Assembly (NCBI GenBank): GCA_016185945.1
Contig: JACPMR010000010.1
Span: 109,923 to 173,922, forward strand
DNA length: 64,000 nt
Reading direction: 5' to 3'
Source of the DNA: Candidatus Woesearchaeota archaeon
GTDB taxonomy: Archaea > Nanobdellota > Nanobdellia > Woesearchaeales > GW2011-AR4
Both the position numbers and the translations under genes were made by a program. Below are positions 9,689 to 17,550 of the stretch, one piece after another. Positions within the stretch are counted from its first letter, which is position 1. Each line of letters opens with the position of its first letter. The notes under the pieces are model-generated. The model was not told where the DNA came from, ran no database searches, and saw nothing but the letters and a program-made list of their open reading frames with translations.

Positions 9689-10625
9689 AATGATATTCAG
9701 TGAGCTTAAGGAAAAGTATCCTTTACTTGTTGACACAGCTAACTATCTTGAACAGAATTCTTTCTTTTTCAGAACCACTCTTACAAAAATTAAGGGCTCG
9801 GGGTTAGATTACGAATTGGCTGAAAAGCTTTGTAGTGATTGCCTAAATCATGTTAAACAGAATAGAGATGGGTATTTTAAATGCGTTCATACACTGATAG
9901 ATTTCTCTCTTGAATTTCTAAAGCTGCAAATGCATCTGGAAAAGACAGGAAGGTACACCTATTCAACTTTCAAGGAAATAGAAGAAAATATTTACAGCAA
10001 TCCTAATAGAAAACTGAAAGGTCCGTGGTATACCTGGGCACTATACTTTTCACAAATTTTTTGGGTTAGCCACTGGAATGTTTTTAGGTTTTTTCTATCA
10101 GAATTTGCAAAAAACAATAAAGAGCATGGAGAAGTGCTTGAAGTCCCAACAGGAACAGGGATTTATATTGCACAATTCCTTGCAAATAATCCATCGTGGC
10201 AGGGCACTGGTGTTGATTTAGGGAATACTGCTATCGAATTTACCAAAAACGTGCTTGCATGGAATAAAATACCAAGTCATAGAATTGCTCTTTATAAAGA
10301 GGATATTTATAAATTTGAAACAGACAAAAGATTCGATAGGATTATGTGTGGAGAATTCTTAGAGCATGTTGAAGATCCTCTTGGTGTATTGATAAAACTC
10401 CACAAACTTCTCAAGCCTGATGGAAAATTATTTCTGACTGTTGCAGTCTATGCTGAAATGATAGACCATATTTATCTCTATAAGAGCGCTGATGAAGTAC
10501 GTGGGCATGTAAAAGAAGCAGGATTTATACCTGAGAAGGAGCTTGTGCAGGCTATATTTGAAAACAAATCCCCTGAAGATAGAGATACGCCAATTAACTA
10601 TTGTGCTATACTCAAAAAGATTTAA
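9678..10625 (+). CDS. Class I SAM-dependent methyltransferase
   Basis: VLEVPTGTG motif I, FDRIMCGEFLEHVEDP, LKPDGKL. Confidence 0.88.
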   Translation: MSIKMIFSELKEKYPLLVDTANYLEQNSFFFRTTLTKIKGSGLDYELAEKLCSDCLNHVKQNRDGYFKCVHTLIDFSLEFLKLQMHLEKTGRYTYSTFKEIEENIYSNPNRKLKGPWYTWALYFSQIFWVSHWNVFRFFLSEFAKNNKEHGEVLEVPTGTGIYIAQFLANNPSWQGTGVDLGNTAIEFTKNVLAWNKIPSHRIALYKEDIYKFETDKRFDRIMCGEFLEHVEDPLGVLIKLHKLLKPDGKLFLTVAVYAEMIDHIYLYKSADEVRGHVKEAGFIPEKELVQAIFENKSPEDRDTPINYCAILKKI

Positions 10626-10652
10626 AAGGTTGAATATTAACAGATAGCTAAA

Positions 10653-10814
10653 ATGGTATCTTTATTATCAATAGTTATTGTGGTTGTTGCAGGTTATTTT
10701 TTGGTTATGTTCATATTGCATCATTTGTTTGAGAAATTTTTCAAGATGATATTTTATATTGGGACTATCCTGTTTGCCCTTGGGCTGATTTATTATGTGC
10801 TCAGAGGCGCTTAA
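10653..10814 (+). CDS. Small two-TM membrane protein (53 aa, not in ORF track)
   Basis: MVSLLSIVIVVVAGYFLVMFILHHLFEKFFKMIFYIGTILFALGLIYYVLRGA fills the gap. Confidence 0.6.
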   Translation: MVSLLSIVIVVVAGYFLVMFILHHLFEKFFKMIFYIGTILFALGLIYYVLRGA

Positions 10815-10865
10815 TCCAAAAGTTTATATATGTCCAAATAAAGCAAATATAAGAGAGGTGAATAG

Positions 10866-11282
10866 ATGGCTTTCTTTGACAAGCTGAAATTCTGGAAGAA
10901 AAAGGATGATTTAGGTGACATAGGCAAAGACTTGGGTTTGGACAAGGATTTGGGTTTGGGAAAAGATTTTGGAATGGACTTGAGTTCAGGCCCTTCGCCA
11001 GATTTGGGAATGGGGTTGGATACAGGGCAACCACCGCAGCAGCCATTCCAGAAATACCCTTCATTCCAGCAACCTAGTTTTCAGGCACCTTCTTTCCAGT
11101 CGCAACCAGCTTTTCAGCAACCTTCTTACCCAAATGATATAGCATCTAAAAATTTGGAAGTTATTTCAAGCAAACTTGATGCTTTACGGGCTACGCTGGA
11201 CAGCGTCAACCAGAGATTGGCAAACATAGAGGCGATTGCAAGAGGCGAGCAGGAAGACGCAAGAAAGAGGAGGTATTATTGA
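10866..11282 (+). CDS. Hypothetical protein with low-complexity (DLG, Q/P/F) region and C-terminal coiled coil
   Basis: SD GAGGTGA upstream; KDLGL and PSFQ repeats. Confidence 0.8.
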   Translation: MAFFDKLKFWKKKDDLGDIGKDLGLDKDLGLGKDFGMDLSSGPSPDLGMGLDTGQPPQQPFQKYPSFQQPSFQAPSFQSQPAFQQPSYPNDIASKNLEVISSKLDALRATLDSVNQRLANIEAIARGEQEDARKRRYY

Positions 11283-11318
11283 AAAGTTTTTTATATGCTC
11301 ATTCCTTGATTTCTTCTA

Positions 11319-11762
11319 ATGAACAAAAAAAACATTATTATATTTTTGACTGGATTGTTAATTCTGCTTTTAGACCAACTAACCAAGTTCTTGATAAAAC
11401 AAAATTTTCAGTTAAGCCACTCAACTCCAATAATTAAAAATATCCTTCATGTGACTTACATAACAAACACCGGCTCTGCTTTTGGCTTGTTTAAGGGCTT
11501 TAACCTGTTTTTTGTATTGTTTTCTGTTATTGTGGTTGTTACAATAGTTTATAATTTAAAAAAAATAAAGAATAATGAAAGACTATTGCAGTTTTCTGTC
11601 GGATTATTGATTGGCGGCACAATCGGAAATTTAATTGACAGATTGCTTTATGGCGCTGTGGTTGATTTTATTGATTTCAGAATCTGGCCCGTATTCAATG
11701 TAGCGGACAGCGCTGTAACTATAAGCATAATCATGCTGATAATTTTGCTGTGGAAGAGGTAG
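11319..11762 (+). CDS. lspA: Lipoprotein signal peptidase II
   Basis: DQLTK, NTGSAFG, GGTIGNLIDR, VVDFID, WPVFNVADS. Confidence 0.93.
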   Translation: MNKKNIIIFLTGLLILLLDQLTKFLIKQNFQLSHSTPIIKNILHVTYITNTGSAFGLFKGFNLFFVLFSVIVVVTIVYNLKKIKNNERLLQFSVGLLIGGTIGNLIDRLLYGAVVDFIDFRIWPVFNVADSAVTISIIMLIILLWKR

Positions 11763-12368
11763 TCAAACACATGCGTCTGCTTCAAGCCCTTGAGCTTCTG
11801 CCTCTTCCCTTGAATCGAACCATAGCTGGTTTTCTTTGCCAATCCTTTTTGCCCAGTCGCATTTCGGGCTGTGAAACTTGTTGGCTTTCTTGCTTGCGAC
11901 ATATTTGCCGGGAGTAAATGTTTTTTTCATATGTTCTTCAGGTTCTGCAGCTTGTGGCTCCATCTTGTCGATAAAAGGATGGTAATCTTTAACTTTTTCA
12001 TATTGTTCTGTTGTTTCTGAGCGCTGAAACGTTTCTCTAAGATTAAACAACGCCAAGATTATGCCGATTGCAGAAAAAACGATTATTGTCAGATGCGCAG
12101 TATCAAATTCTCTTGCTAAAAAATAAACAAAAAATGTGTTGAACATTACAAGCATCAATGCTAAACCTAAAATCGTCCATCCCCATTTTTTGTTATGATA
12201 AACAGCAAACATCCCAAGCGCAACTATAAAAATGAATATCAGCAGCATAGTCAATTCAAAAACGAAAGCAAACCTGTGCAAATCAAAAACAACCAGGATA
12301 AAGCTTGTAACCACAAATAGCATTATAAAGCTCATCACAAAGAAACTTAATGGGGGTTTTTCCATCAA
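11763..12368 (-). CDS. Four-TM protein with C-terminal Ada-like metal-binding domain
   Basis: Hydrophobic N-half; KFHSPKCDWAKRI..N..WFDSREEAEAQG..AC. Confidence 0.7.
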   Translation of the reverse strand: MMEKPPLSFFVMSFIMLFVVTSFILVVFDLHRFAFVFELTMLLIFIFIVALGMFAVYHNKKWGWTILGLALMLVMFNTFFVYFLAREFDTAHLTIIVFSAIGIILALFNLRETFQRSETTEQYEKVKDYHPFIDKMEPQAAEPEEHMKKTFTPGKYVASKKANKFHSPKCDWAKRIGKENQLWFDSREEAEAQGLEADACV

Positions 12369-12511
12369 TCAAAGTAATATATTTTTGTATTTAAAGATTT
12401 CTATCAAAGAGTGGTGATCAATTATATTTTGAATAAAAACAAATAAACGTCAATTAATAGACTCAAACAATAACGAGAGCTATTTTGGATTAAACAATAA
12501 ATAATAGAATA

Positions 12512-12788
12512 TTCAATCACGATGGCGACCCATGCACACAATCAAGTAAGTGACTTGTGAGCGAGTTCGCTGTTGCTTGCGAGAAAAGCTCGCAAGCTCG
12601 CTTTTCAGGTCGAACGAAGCTCACTCGCATGCCACTGGGTGCCCCGCGTACTAAAGTGGCACTTTATGCAAACAATCAAGTGCGACTGCAGAGGCTGTGG
12701 CTCCCTCATCACAACCCGTGGGATTGCAAATCCCACTTGCACAAGGTGTCAACGGACTTTGCCGTTGCAGGGAAGCCCCGTGATTGAA
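12512..12788. repeat. Family A element, expanded copy with nested hairpins
   Basis: Perfect 10-bp terminal inverted repeat TTCAATCACG/CGTGATTGAA; two inverted half-units; several internal perfect hairpins. Confidence 0.8.
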
Positions 12789-12835
12789 ATAAAAAATTTT
12801 ATCATTGTTTTTTAGGAAGCCAGATTTTTGAAAAT

Positions 12836-12983
12836 TGTCAAAAACCACCAATCAAAGATTGGTGGCATGCTGCTAACGCAATAGTTATTCAGTGGTTTTT
12901 GAGCATGCTCGAAAATATACCATAATTGGTAACCACATTTGACTTACGTCCATCAGTCATAGACTGATGGTATATTTTCGACA
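12836..12983. repeat. Family B double-hairpin element (TGTC-stem-GAGCATGCTC-stem-GACA)
   Basis: TCAAAAACCAC/GTGGTTTTTGA and TCGAAAATATACCAT/ATGGTATATTTTCGA stems joined by the palindrome GAGCATGCTC (12901-12910). Confidence 0.75.
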
Positions 12984-13003
12984 TATTAAAATTGTTAATT
13001 TTC

Positions 13004-13348
13004 TTAGAACTCTTCAAACTCCTCCAGTTGCTTCAGATATCCTTTTTTCTTTAGGAAAGAAGTCTGTGTTGGAGTGTACTTGTAGATTATGTCGCCTTTT
13101 TCATCGCCAGAATATTCCCACGGCTCAACAATTACAATGTCGCTTTCCCTCACCCACAATTTTCTTGTAAGCCTTCCTGGAATCCTGCAAATTCTTGTTT
13201 TGCCATCCAAGCATTTGACGCGCATTCTGCTTCCGCCAAGTCTTTGCTCAATAACGCCAAAAGTTTCTCTGCCCCGAGGAAGATGAATCCTAGAAATCTC
13301 TTGCTGTAATTTTTCTTGTCTTGCCTGCTCTTCCTTTTTTTTGCTCAT
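13004..13348 (-). CDS. eif1a: Translation initiation factor aIF-1A
   Basis: QRLGGSRMRVKCLDGKTRICRIPG, LWVRESDIVIVEPW, KGDIIYKY. Confidence 0.96.
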   Translation of the reverse strand: MSKKKEEQARQEKLQQEISRIHLPRGRETFGVIEQRLGGSRMRVKCLDGKTRICRIPGRLTRKLWVRESDIVIVEPWEYSGDEKGDIIYKYTPTQTSFLKKKGYLKQLEEFEEF

Positions 13349-13429
13349 CCAATAAGTTGGAATGAGGTTTGTTTATATAACTTTCTATAAAACACAATTT
13401 ATAAATACTTAAAGCCATCCTCTGAAATA

Positions 13430-13942
13430 ATGAAACACCTTAATCTCCCGAAAGAAAAAACCTTTACAGGGCCTGCTTCAATATGGAAAAGGATTTTTGC
13501 TTTCTTTGTGGACATTGCAATAATAAACTTAATTATTTTGTTTCCGTTCAGGAACTTGTTCAAAGATATTATTCCAAAGAGTTACTCTTTTTCAGAAGCT
13601 TACAGATTTATGAGCACCAGCACTAATTATGCTGGATTTATAACCTCTATAACTTTTGTAATGTCTGTGCTGGTTATTTTGTATTTTTACATGATGGAAA
13701 AGAGGATGGGACAAACAATAGGCAAGATGCTGATGAGAATTTTTGTTGTGAGCGACAGCAAGGAACTAAAGGCATGGCAAATGCTTGTGAGAAATCTTGT
13801 TTTCATCCCTATATTCCCTTTTGTTTTATTATGGGTGATTGATCCAATATTCATGTTTTTCACAAAAACAAACCAGAGATTAAGCGAGATATTGAGCAGG
13901 ACAAGGGTTGTTGAAAGATTCAGTTTCGAGCAACAAATTTAA
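13430..13942 (+). CDS. RDD family membrane protein
   Basis: ASIWKRIFAFFVD, GQTIGKMLM, QRLSE. Confidence 0.88.
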   Translation: MKHLNLPKEKTFTGPASIWKRIFAFFVDIAIINLIILFPFRNLFKDIIPKSYSFSEAYRFMSTSTNYAGFITSITFVMSVLVILYFYMMEKRMGQTIGKMLMRIFVVSDSKELKAWQMLVRNLVFIPIFPFVLLWVIDPIFMFFTKTNQRLSEILSRTRVVERFSFEQQI

Positions 13943-13961
13943 TAAGGCAAGAATTTTGGCG

Positions 13962-14162
13962 ATGCAGATGACTGAACAAAAAATTTTTTTGCTTAGGGTT
14001 GATGTAATGCCGAACAACATACAGACAACAATGAAAACCCAAAATGTAAGCCCGCAGGAAGCCCTTGGATTTTTGGAGATGGCAAAGGACCAGATACTTG
14101 ATAATTTAAAGCAGGGAAGAAAAGACATATTCCAGGCATTCAAGAAAGAAGGTGAGCAATAA
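13962..14162 (+). CDS. Small hypothetical protein
   Basis: Co-oriented and stop-start coupled to sppA; start uncertain. Confidence 0.6.
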   Translation: MQMTEQKIFLLRVDVMPNNIQTTMKTQNVSPQEALGFLEMAKDQILDNLKQGRKDIFQAFKKEGEQ

Positions 14163-15097
14163 TGAATGCCAACCAGCCGAATTTCAGATGGGGTTATGCA
14201 ATATTTGTTTTATTGCTTTTAAGCTTTCTTGCGCTTATATCTGTAGGAGTATTATCGTTGTTTGTGGGCGTTGATGTTGAAAGCTTAGGCGGCAATGTCG
14301 CATTGATACCTGTGCACGGGGTGATTTTGGGAACAGAGGATTCTGAGTCATTTTTTGAAACCACAACAACTTCCACAGATATAGTGGAGCTCATAGAAAA
14401 AGCCGACAAGAATCCCGGCATCAAGGCGATAATATTGGAGATAGACAGCCCAGGCGGCTCAGCTGTTGCATCGGAGGAGATAGCAAATGCTGTCAAGAAA
14501 ACAAACAAGACAACAGTTGCGTGGATAAGGGAATCAGGCGCTTCGGGTGCTTACTGGGTTGCATCAGCTGCTGACTATATAGTTGCCAGCAAAGTTTCGA
14601 TAACCGGCTCAATCGGTGTGATTGCTTCTTACCTGGAATTTCCGGGCTTGTTAGAAAGGTACAATGTGACGTACCAGAGATTAGTTGCTGGAAAATACAA
14701 AGACATTGGAAGCCCGTTCAAGGAAATGACAAACGAGGAAAAGGCATTATTCCAGCAGAGTTTGGACGCTATAAGGGATTATTTTGTAAGCGAAGTTGCA
14801 AAAAACAGGAATTTGAACAAGAAAGATATTGACAAAATCGCGAATGGCTTGTTTTATCTTGGGGTGCAGGCAAAGGAACTTGGTTTAGTAGACGAACTTG
14901 GCAGCAAAGACGAAACTATTGCCTATATAGAGAAGAAAGAAGGCATAAAGGCAGAGCTTGTTGAATACAAGAAAGAAAAAGGTTTATTGGAATTGCTTGG
15001 TGAGGTTTTCAGCAAGCAGTCATTTTTTGTTGGAAAGGGCATTGGAAGCTCTTTGCTTGACAGACAAGCTGTTTCAAGTGTCAGTATAACAACGTAA
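14162..15097 (+). CDS. sppA: Signal peptide peptidase SppA (S49)
   Basis: IDSPGG, GASGAYWVA, TGSIGV, AGKYKDIG. Confidence 0.95.
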   Translation: MNANQPNFRWGYAIFVLLLLSFLALISVGVLSLFVGVDVESLGGNVALIPVHGVILGTEDSESFFETTTTSTDIVELIEKADKNPGIKAIILEIDSPGGSAVASEEIANAVKKTNKTTVAWIRESGASGAYWVASAADYIVASKVSITGSIGVIASYLEFPGLLERYNVTYQRLVAGKYKDIGSPFKEMTNEEKALFQQSLDAIRDYFVSEVAKNRNLNKKDIDKIANGLFYLGVQAKELGLVDELGSKDETIAYIEKKEGIKAELVEYKKEKGLLELLGEVFSKQSFFVGKGIGSSLLDRQAVSSVSITT

Positions 15098-15098
15098 G

Positions 15099-15305
15099 AT
15101 GTATGTAAAAATATTCAAAATATTCAAATATACGGTTGGTATTGTTTTAATAGTTATTGGCGTCATAGGGCTTTTTCTCCCAATAATACAAGGCATTCTT
15201 TTAATAATTGCCGGGCTGCTTTTGATGGGTGTGAAAAAAGAGCAGATTAAGAAATGGTTTAAGAAGCTGAAGTTTCGACATTCTTCTCAACAAAATCTGA
15301 GATAA
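15099..15305 (+). CDS. Small membrane protein (PGPGW-like hairpin)
   Basis: GIVLIVIGVIGLFLPIIQGILLIIAGLLL. Confidence 0.7.
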   Translation: MYVKIFKIFKYTVGIVLIVIGVIGLFLPIIQGILLIIAGLLLMGVKKEQIKKWFKKLKFRHSSQQNLR

Positions 15306-15338
15306 ATTTTTAAATGATTACTATTAATAAGTGCTAAA

Positions 15339-17495
15339 ATGTCTGCTCAAGAAAGACTGGAGTTACTAGTATCACAGCATATAGAACATGGAAATAAAAA
15401 TCTTGCGGCAGACAAAGCATTAGTTGAAGCTATTGTTCTTAATTGTGCTGTAGATGAGGCTACTGCTAAAGAATATCTGGAATTCGCATCAAGGTCGCCG
15501 CTTTTTGAAGTGGTGCATAGCTTGCAAATAGCTTTTACCCAGATTAATGGCAGCTATCACAACATATTGAGAAGCCTTGAGAGAGCTGTTGCTAAATATG
15601 AATCCTGGCTTGATGAATCACAAAAAGAGCAGTCAATAAAAGGAGTTTTAAGGCGAGGTACGCCTCCTGTTGTGGTAGTAGATTTGTATAAGAATTCTCA
15701 CTTAAGCCCAGAACAAGGAATGGAATTAATAGAAAAAGCAGTTGCTTTAACCTCAAGAATAGATTACGCATTGAAGCATATCCCTAATGAAATAGAGGTA
15801 ATCCAGCAATCGGGAAAATTCCGGCATCTGCGAATATTGATTGAAAGACTGAAGTCAATGTTTGATGCAGGAAGTACCCAATTAACAGAAAGATTTGTGC
15901 AGGATTTTTTAAGGGAATTGAACATGGCACAGATTCTTCCTTTCTCAGATTTAACTTCCAATTCAAGAGGAATATCAAACGATTACATTAATATGGCTAT
16001 TTATGCAATGCTAGGTTCAAGGGCTACACCATTGCTCAATGAGCTAGAAAAAGCATATAGGGCTTCTTACTTGAGACTGGCTAAAGGGTTAGAAGGAAAG
16101 ATATTGGACTCTATCCCGCAAGATGAGAATACGGGAACTTTTGAACGAGCAAAATTTGTTGGTTTAATTGCAGACAGAGTTGCGAGTTTGGCAGAATCCA
16201 AAATAAATTTAAGATATGTACGGGAATTAATGTATGCTGTAAATTCAGAGCAAAGATTTGGATTTTTAACCATACTTAGCGTTAAACCTGAAATTGTTTT
16301 GCTGTATGAAAGGTTGGCGAAGACAGGGCTTAAAGCTGATGTTTATACTGGATTTTTACTTTCTCAAAGCAGTTCAATTGAATCAGATGGAAAGCAGAGA
16401 AATTTATTTGATATAGTATTGGAAATATCAAATACACAAAGTCAAGTGCCTGCAGCTGCTTGCCTAGTTGAAAACTCCAGTTACTTTGTTTCAGGTCCAA
16501 ACACACAAACTATGTTTAGCATTGCTAAGAATTACGAGTTAGCGCACTTGGTTTTGGCAGATTACTTCGGGGCAGTTCAAAAACCTGAGCCAAATAAGGC
16601 AGAAATCTTGCTGAGAATCGGGCAACGACAACCATCTCAATCAACATTAAGGGAACTGCTCGGAAAAATCCAACAAATTCCTGAAGAACAATTAGAAGAC
16701 TTAGTGGCTTTACCATATGATGAATTACAAAGTAAAATTTTAGGCTATAGCAGGTCCGCCACTTTACAAAGAAGTGCTTCTCAGAAAAATCCAAGGGATT
16801 GGCACCAAGAAATGTTGAATTATATTCGCAAAAAATACTCTGGGCGTGGAACCCCGGCAATTGTAGAGCATGCTTACAGAATATTGCACGATGCTTCCTT
16901 ATCTAATAGAATGAGGGCTATTTGGACTGAACAAAAAGAAACGCTTGAGGATTTTTGCAGGGATGTAGTTGAGTTTAGAGAAACAAGAATATTCCCATTT
17001 TTGCTGAATTATCCATTATTTGAACTTTATAAGCTAAAACTCGCTGGTGGGAATGGTAAGCTTAGAAATGAACTAAGAAATATTGCTAATTCAAATACCC
17101 CATATGCTGACTTAAGAAGGGTTTTATCACCTAAAGTTCGCTCTTTAGCAAAAGCCCCTGATGAAGAATCGTCAGCAACAGAGACCTTATCGGCTAGACC
17201 AAATTTCAGGAAAATTTATGTAATTGGAGGAGCATATTCTGAACCTATCAGAAGAAGGGTGAAAGAGGCAGTGAATCAAACTCCAGTTGTATTTTATGAT
17301 AATGATCCTAAGGCAAGCGACATTAAAGGTTTATCACCAGATTGTTGGGCAATTTTAGTCCTTGACATAGGCCACGATACAAGAGACTATGTGATAAGTA
17401 TATGCAAAGAACACAAGATACATTTATCCAGGATATTTAAAGGTAGGGGAACTTCACTTCTCAGAGTTATAGGTGCACTATATACTCCTTACTGA
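15339..17495 (+). CDS. Hypothetical helical protein with C-terminal DUF2325-like alpha/beta domain
   Basis: 718-aa ORF; C-terminal KIYVIGG...IGHD...CKEHKI. Confidence 0.6.
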   Translation: MSAQERLELLVSQHIEHGNKNLAADKALVEAIVLNCAVDEATAKEYLEFASRSPLFEVVHSLQIAFTQINGSYHNILRSLERAVAKYESWLDESQKEQSIKGVLRRGTPPVVVVDLYKNSHLSPEQGMELIEKAVALTSRIDYALKHIPNEIEVIQQSGKFRHLRILIERLKSMFDAGSTQLTERFVQDFLRELNMAQILPFSDLTSNSRGISNDYINMAIYAMLGSRATPLLNELEKAYRASYLRLAKGLEGKILDSIPQDENTGTFERAKFVGLIADRVASLAESKINLRYVRELMYAVNSEQRFGFLTILSVKPEIVLLYERLAKTGLKADVYTGFLLSQSSSIESDGKQRNLFDIVLEISNTQSQVPAAACLVENSSYFVSGPNTQTMFSIAKNYELAHLVLADYFGAVQKPEPNKAEILLRIGQRQPSQSTLRELLGKIQQIPEEQLEDLVALPYDELQSKILGYSRSATLQRSASQKNPRDWHQEMLNYIRKKYSGRGTPAIVEHAYRILHDASLSNRMRAIWTEQKETLEDFCRDVVEFRETRIFPFLLNYPLFELYKLKLAGGNGKLRNELRNIANSNTPYADLRRVLSPKVRSLAKAPDEESSATETLSARPNFRKIYVIGGAYSEPIRRRVKEAVNQTPVVFYDNDPKASDIKGLSPDCWAILVLDIGHDTRDYVISICKEHKIHLSRIFKGRGTSLLRVIGALYTPY

Positions 17496-17550
17496 TTTTT
17501 CCAAAACTTTATCAAAAAATTTTAAATATTAGACTAAGTATCATTCAAAA

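Noticed and set aside
12512-12788. RNase P RNA, SRP RNA or group II intron fragment (GC-rich, ~280 nt, GTGCG)
   Set aside because: No GAGGAAAGTCC P4 motif, no SRP helix 8 motif, no domain V; better explained as a family A repeat
12557-12851. Short ORFs 12557..12787, 12573..12815, 12651..12851 (and 682..873)
   Set aside because: They overlie structured repeats and show no protein-like features
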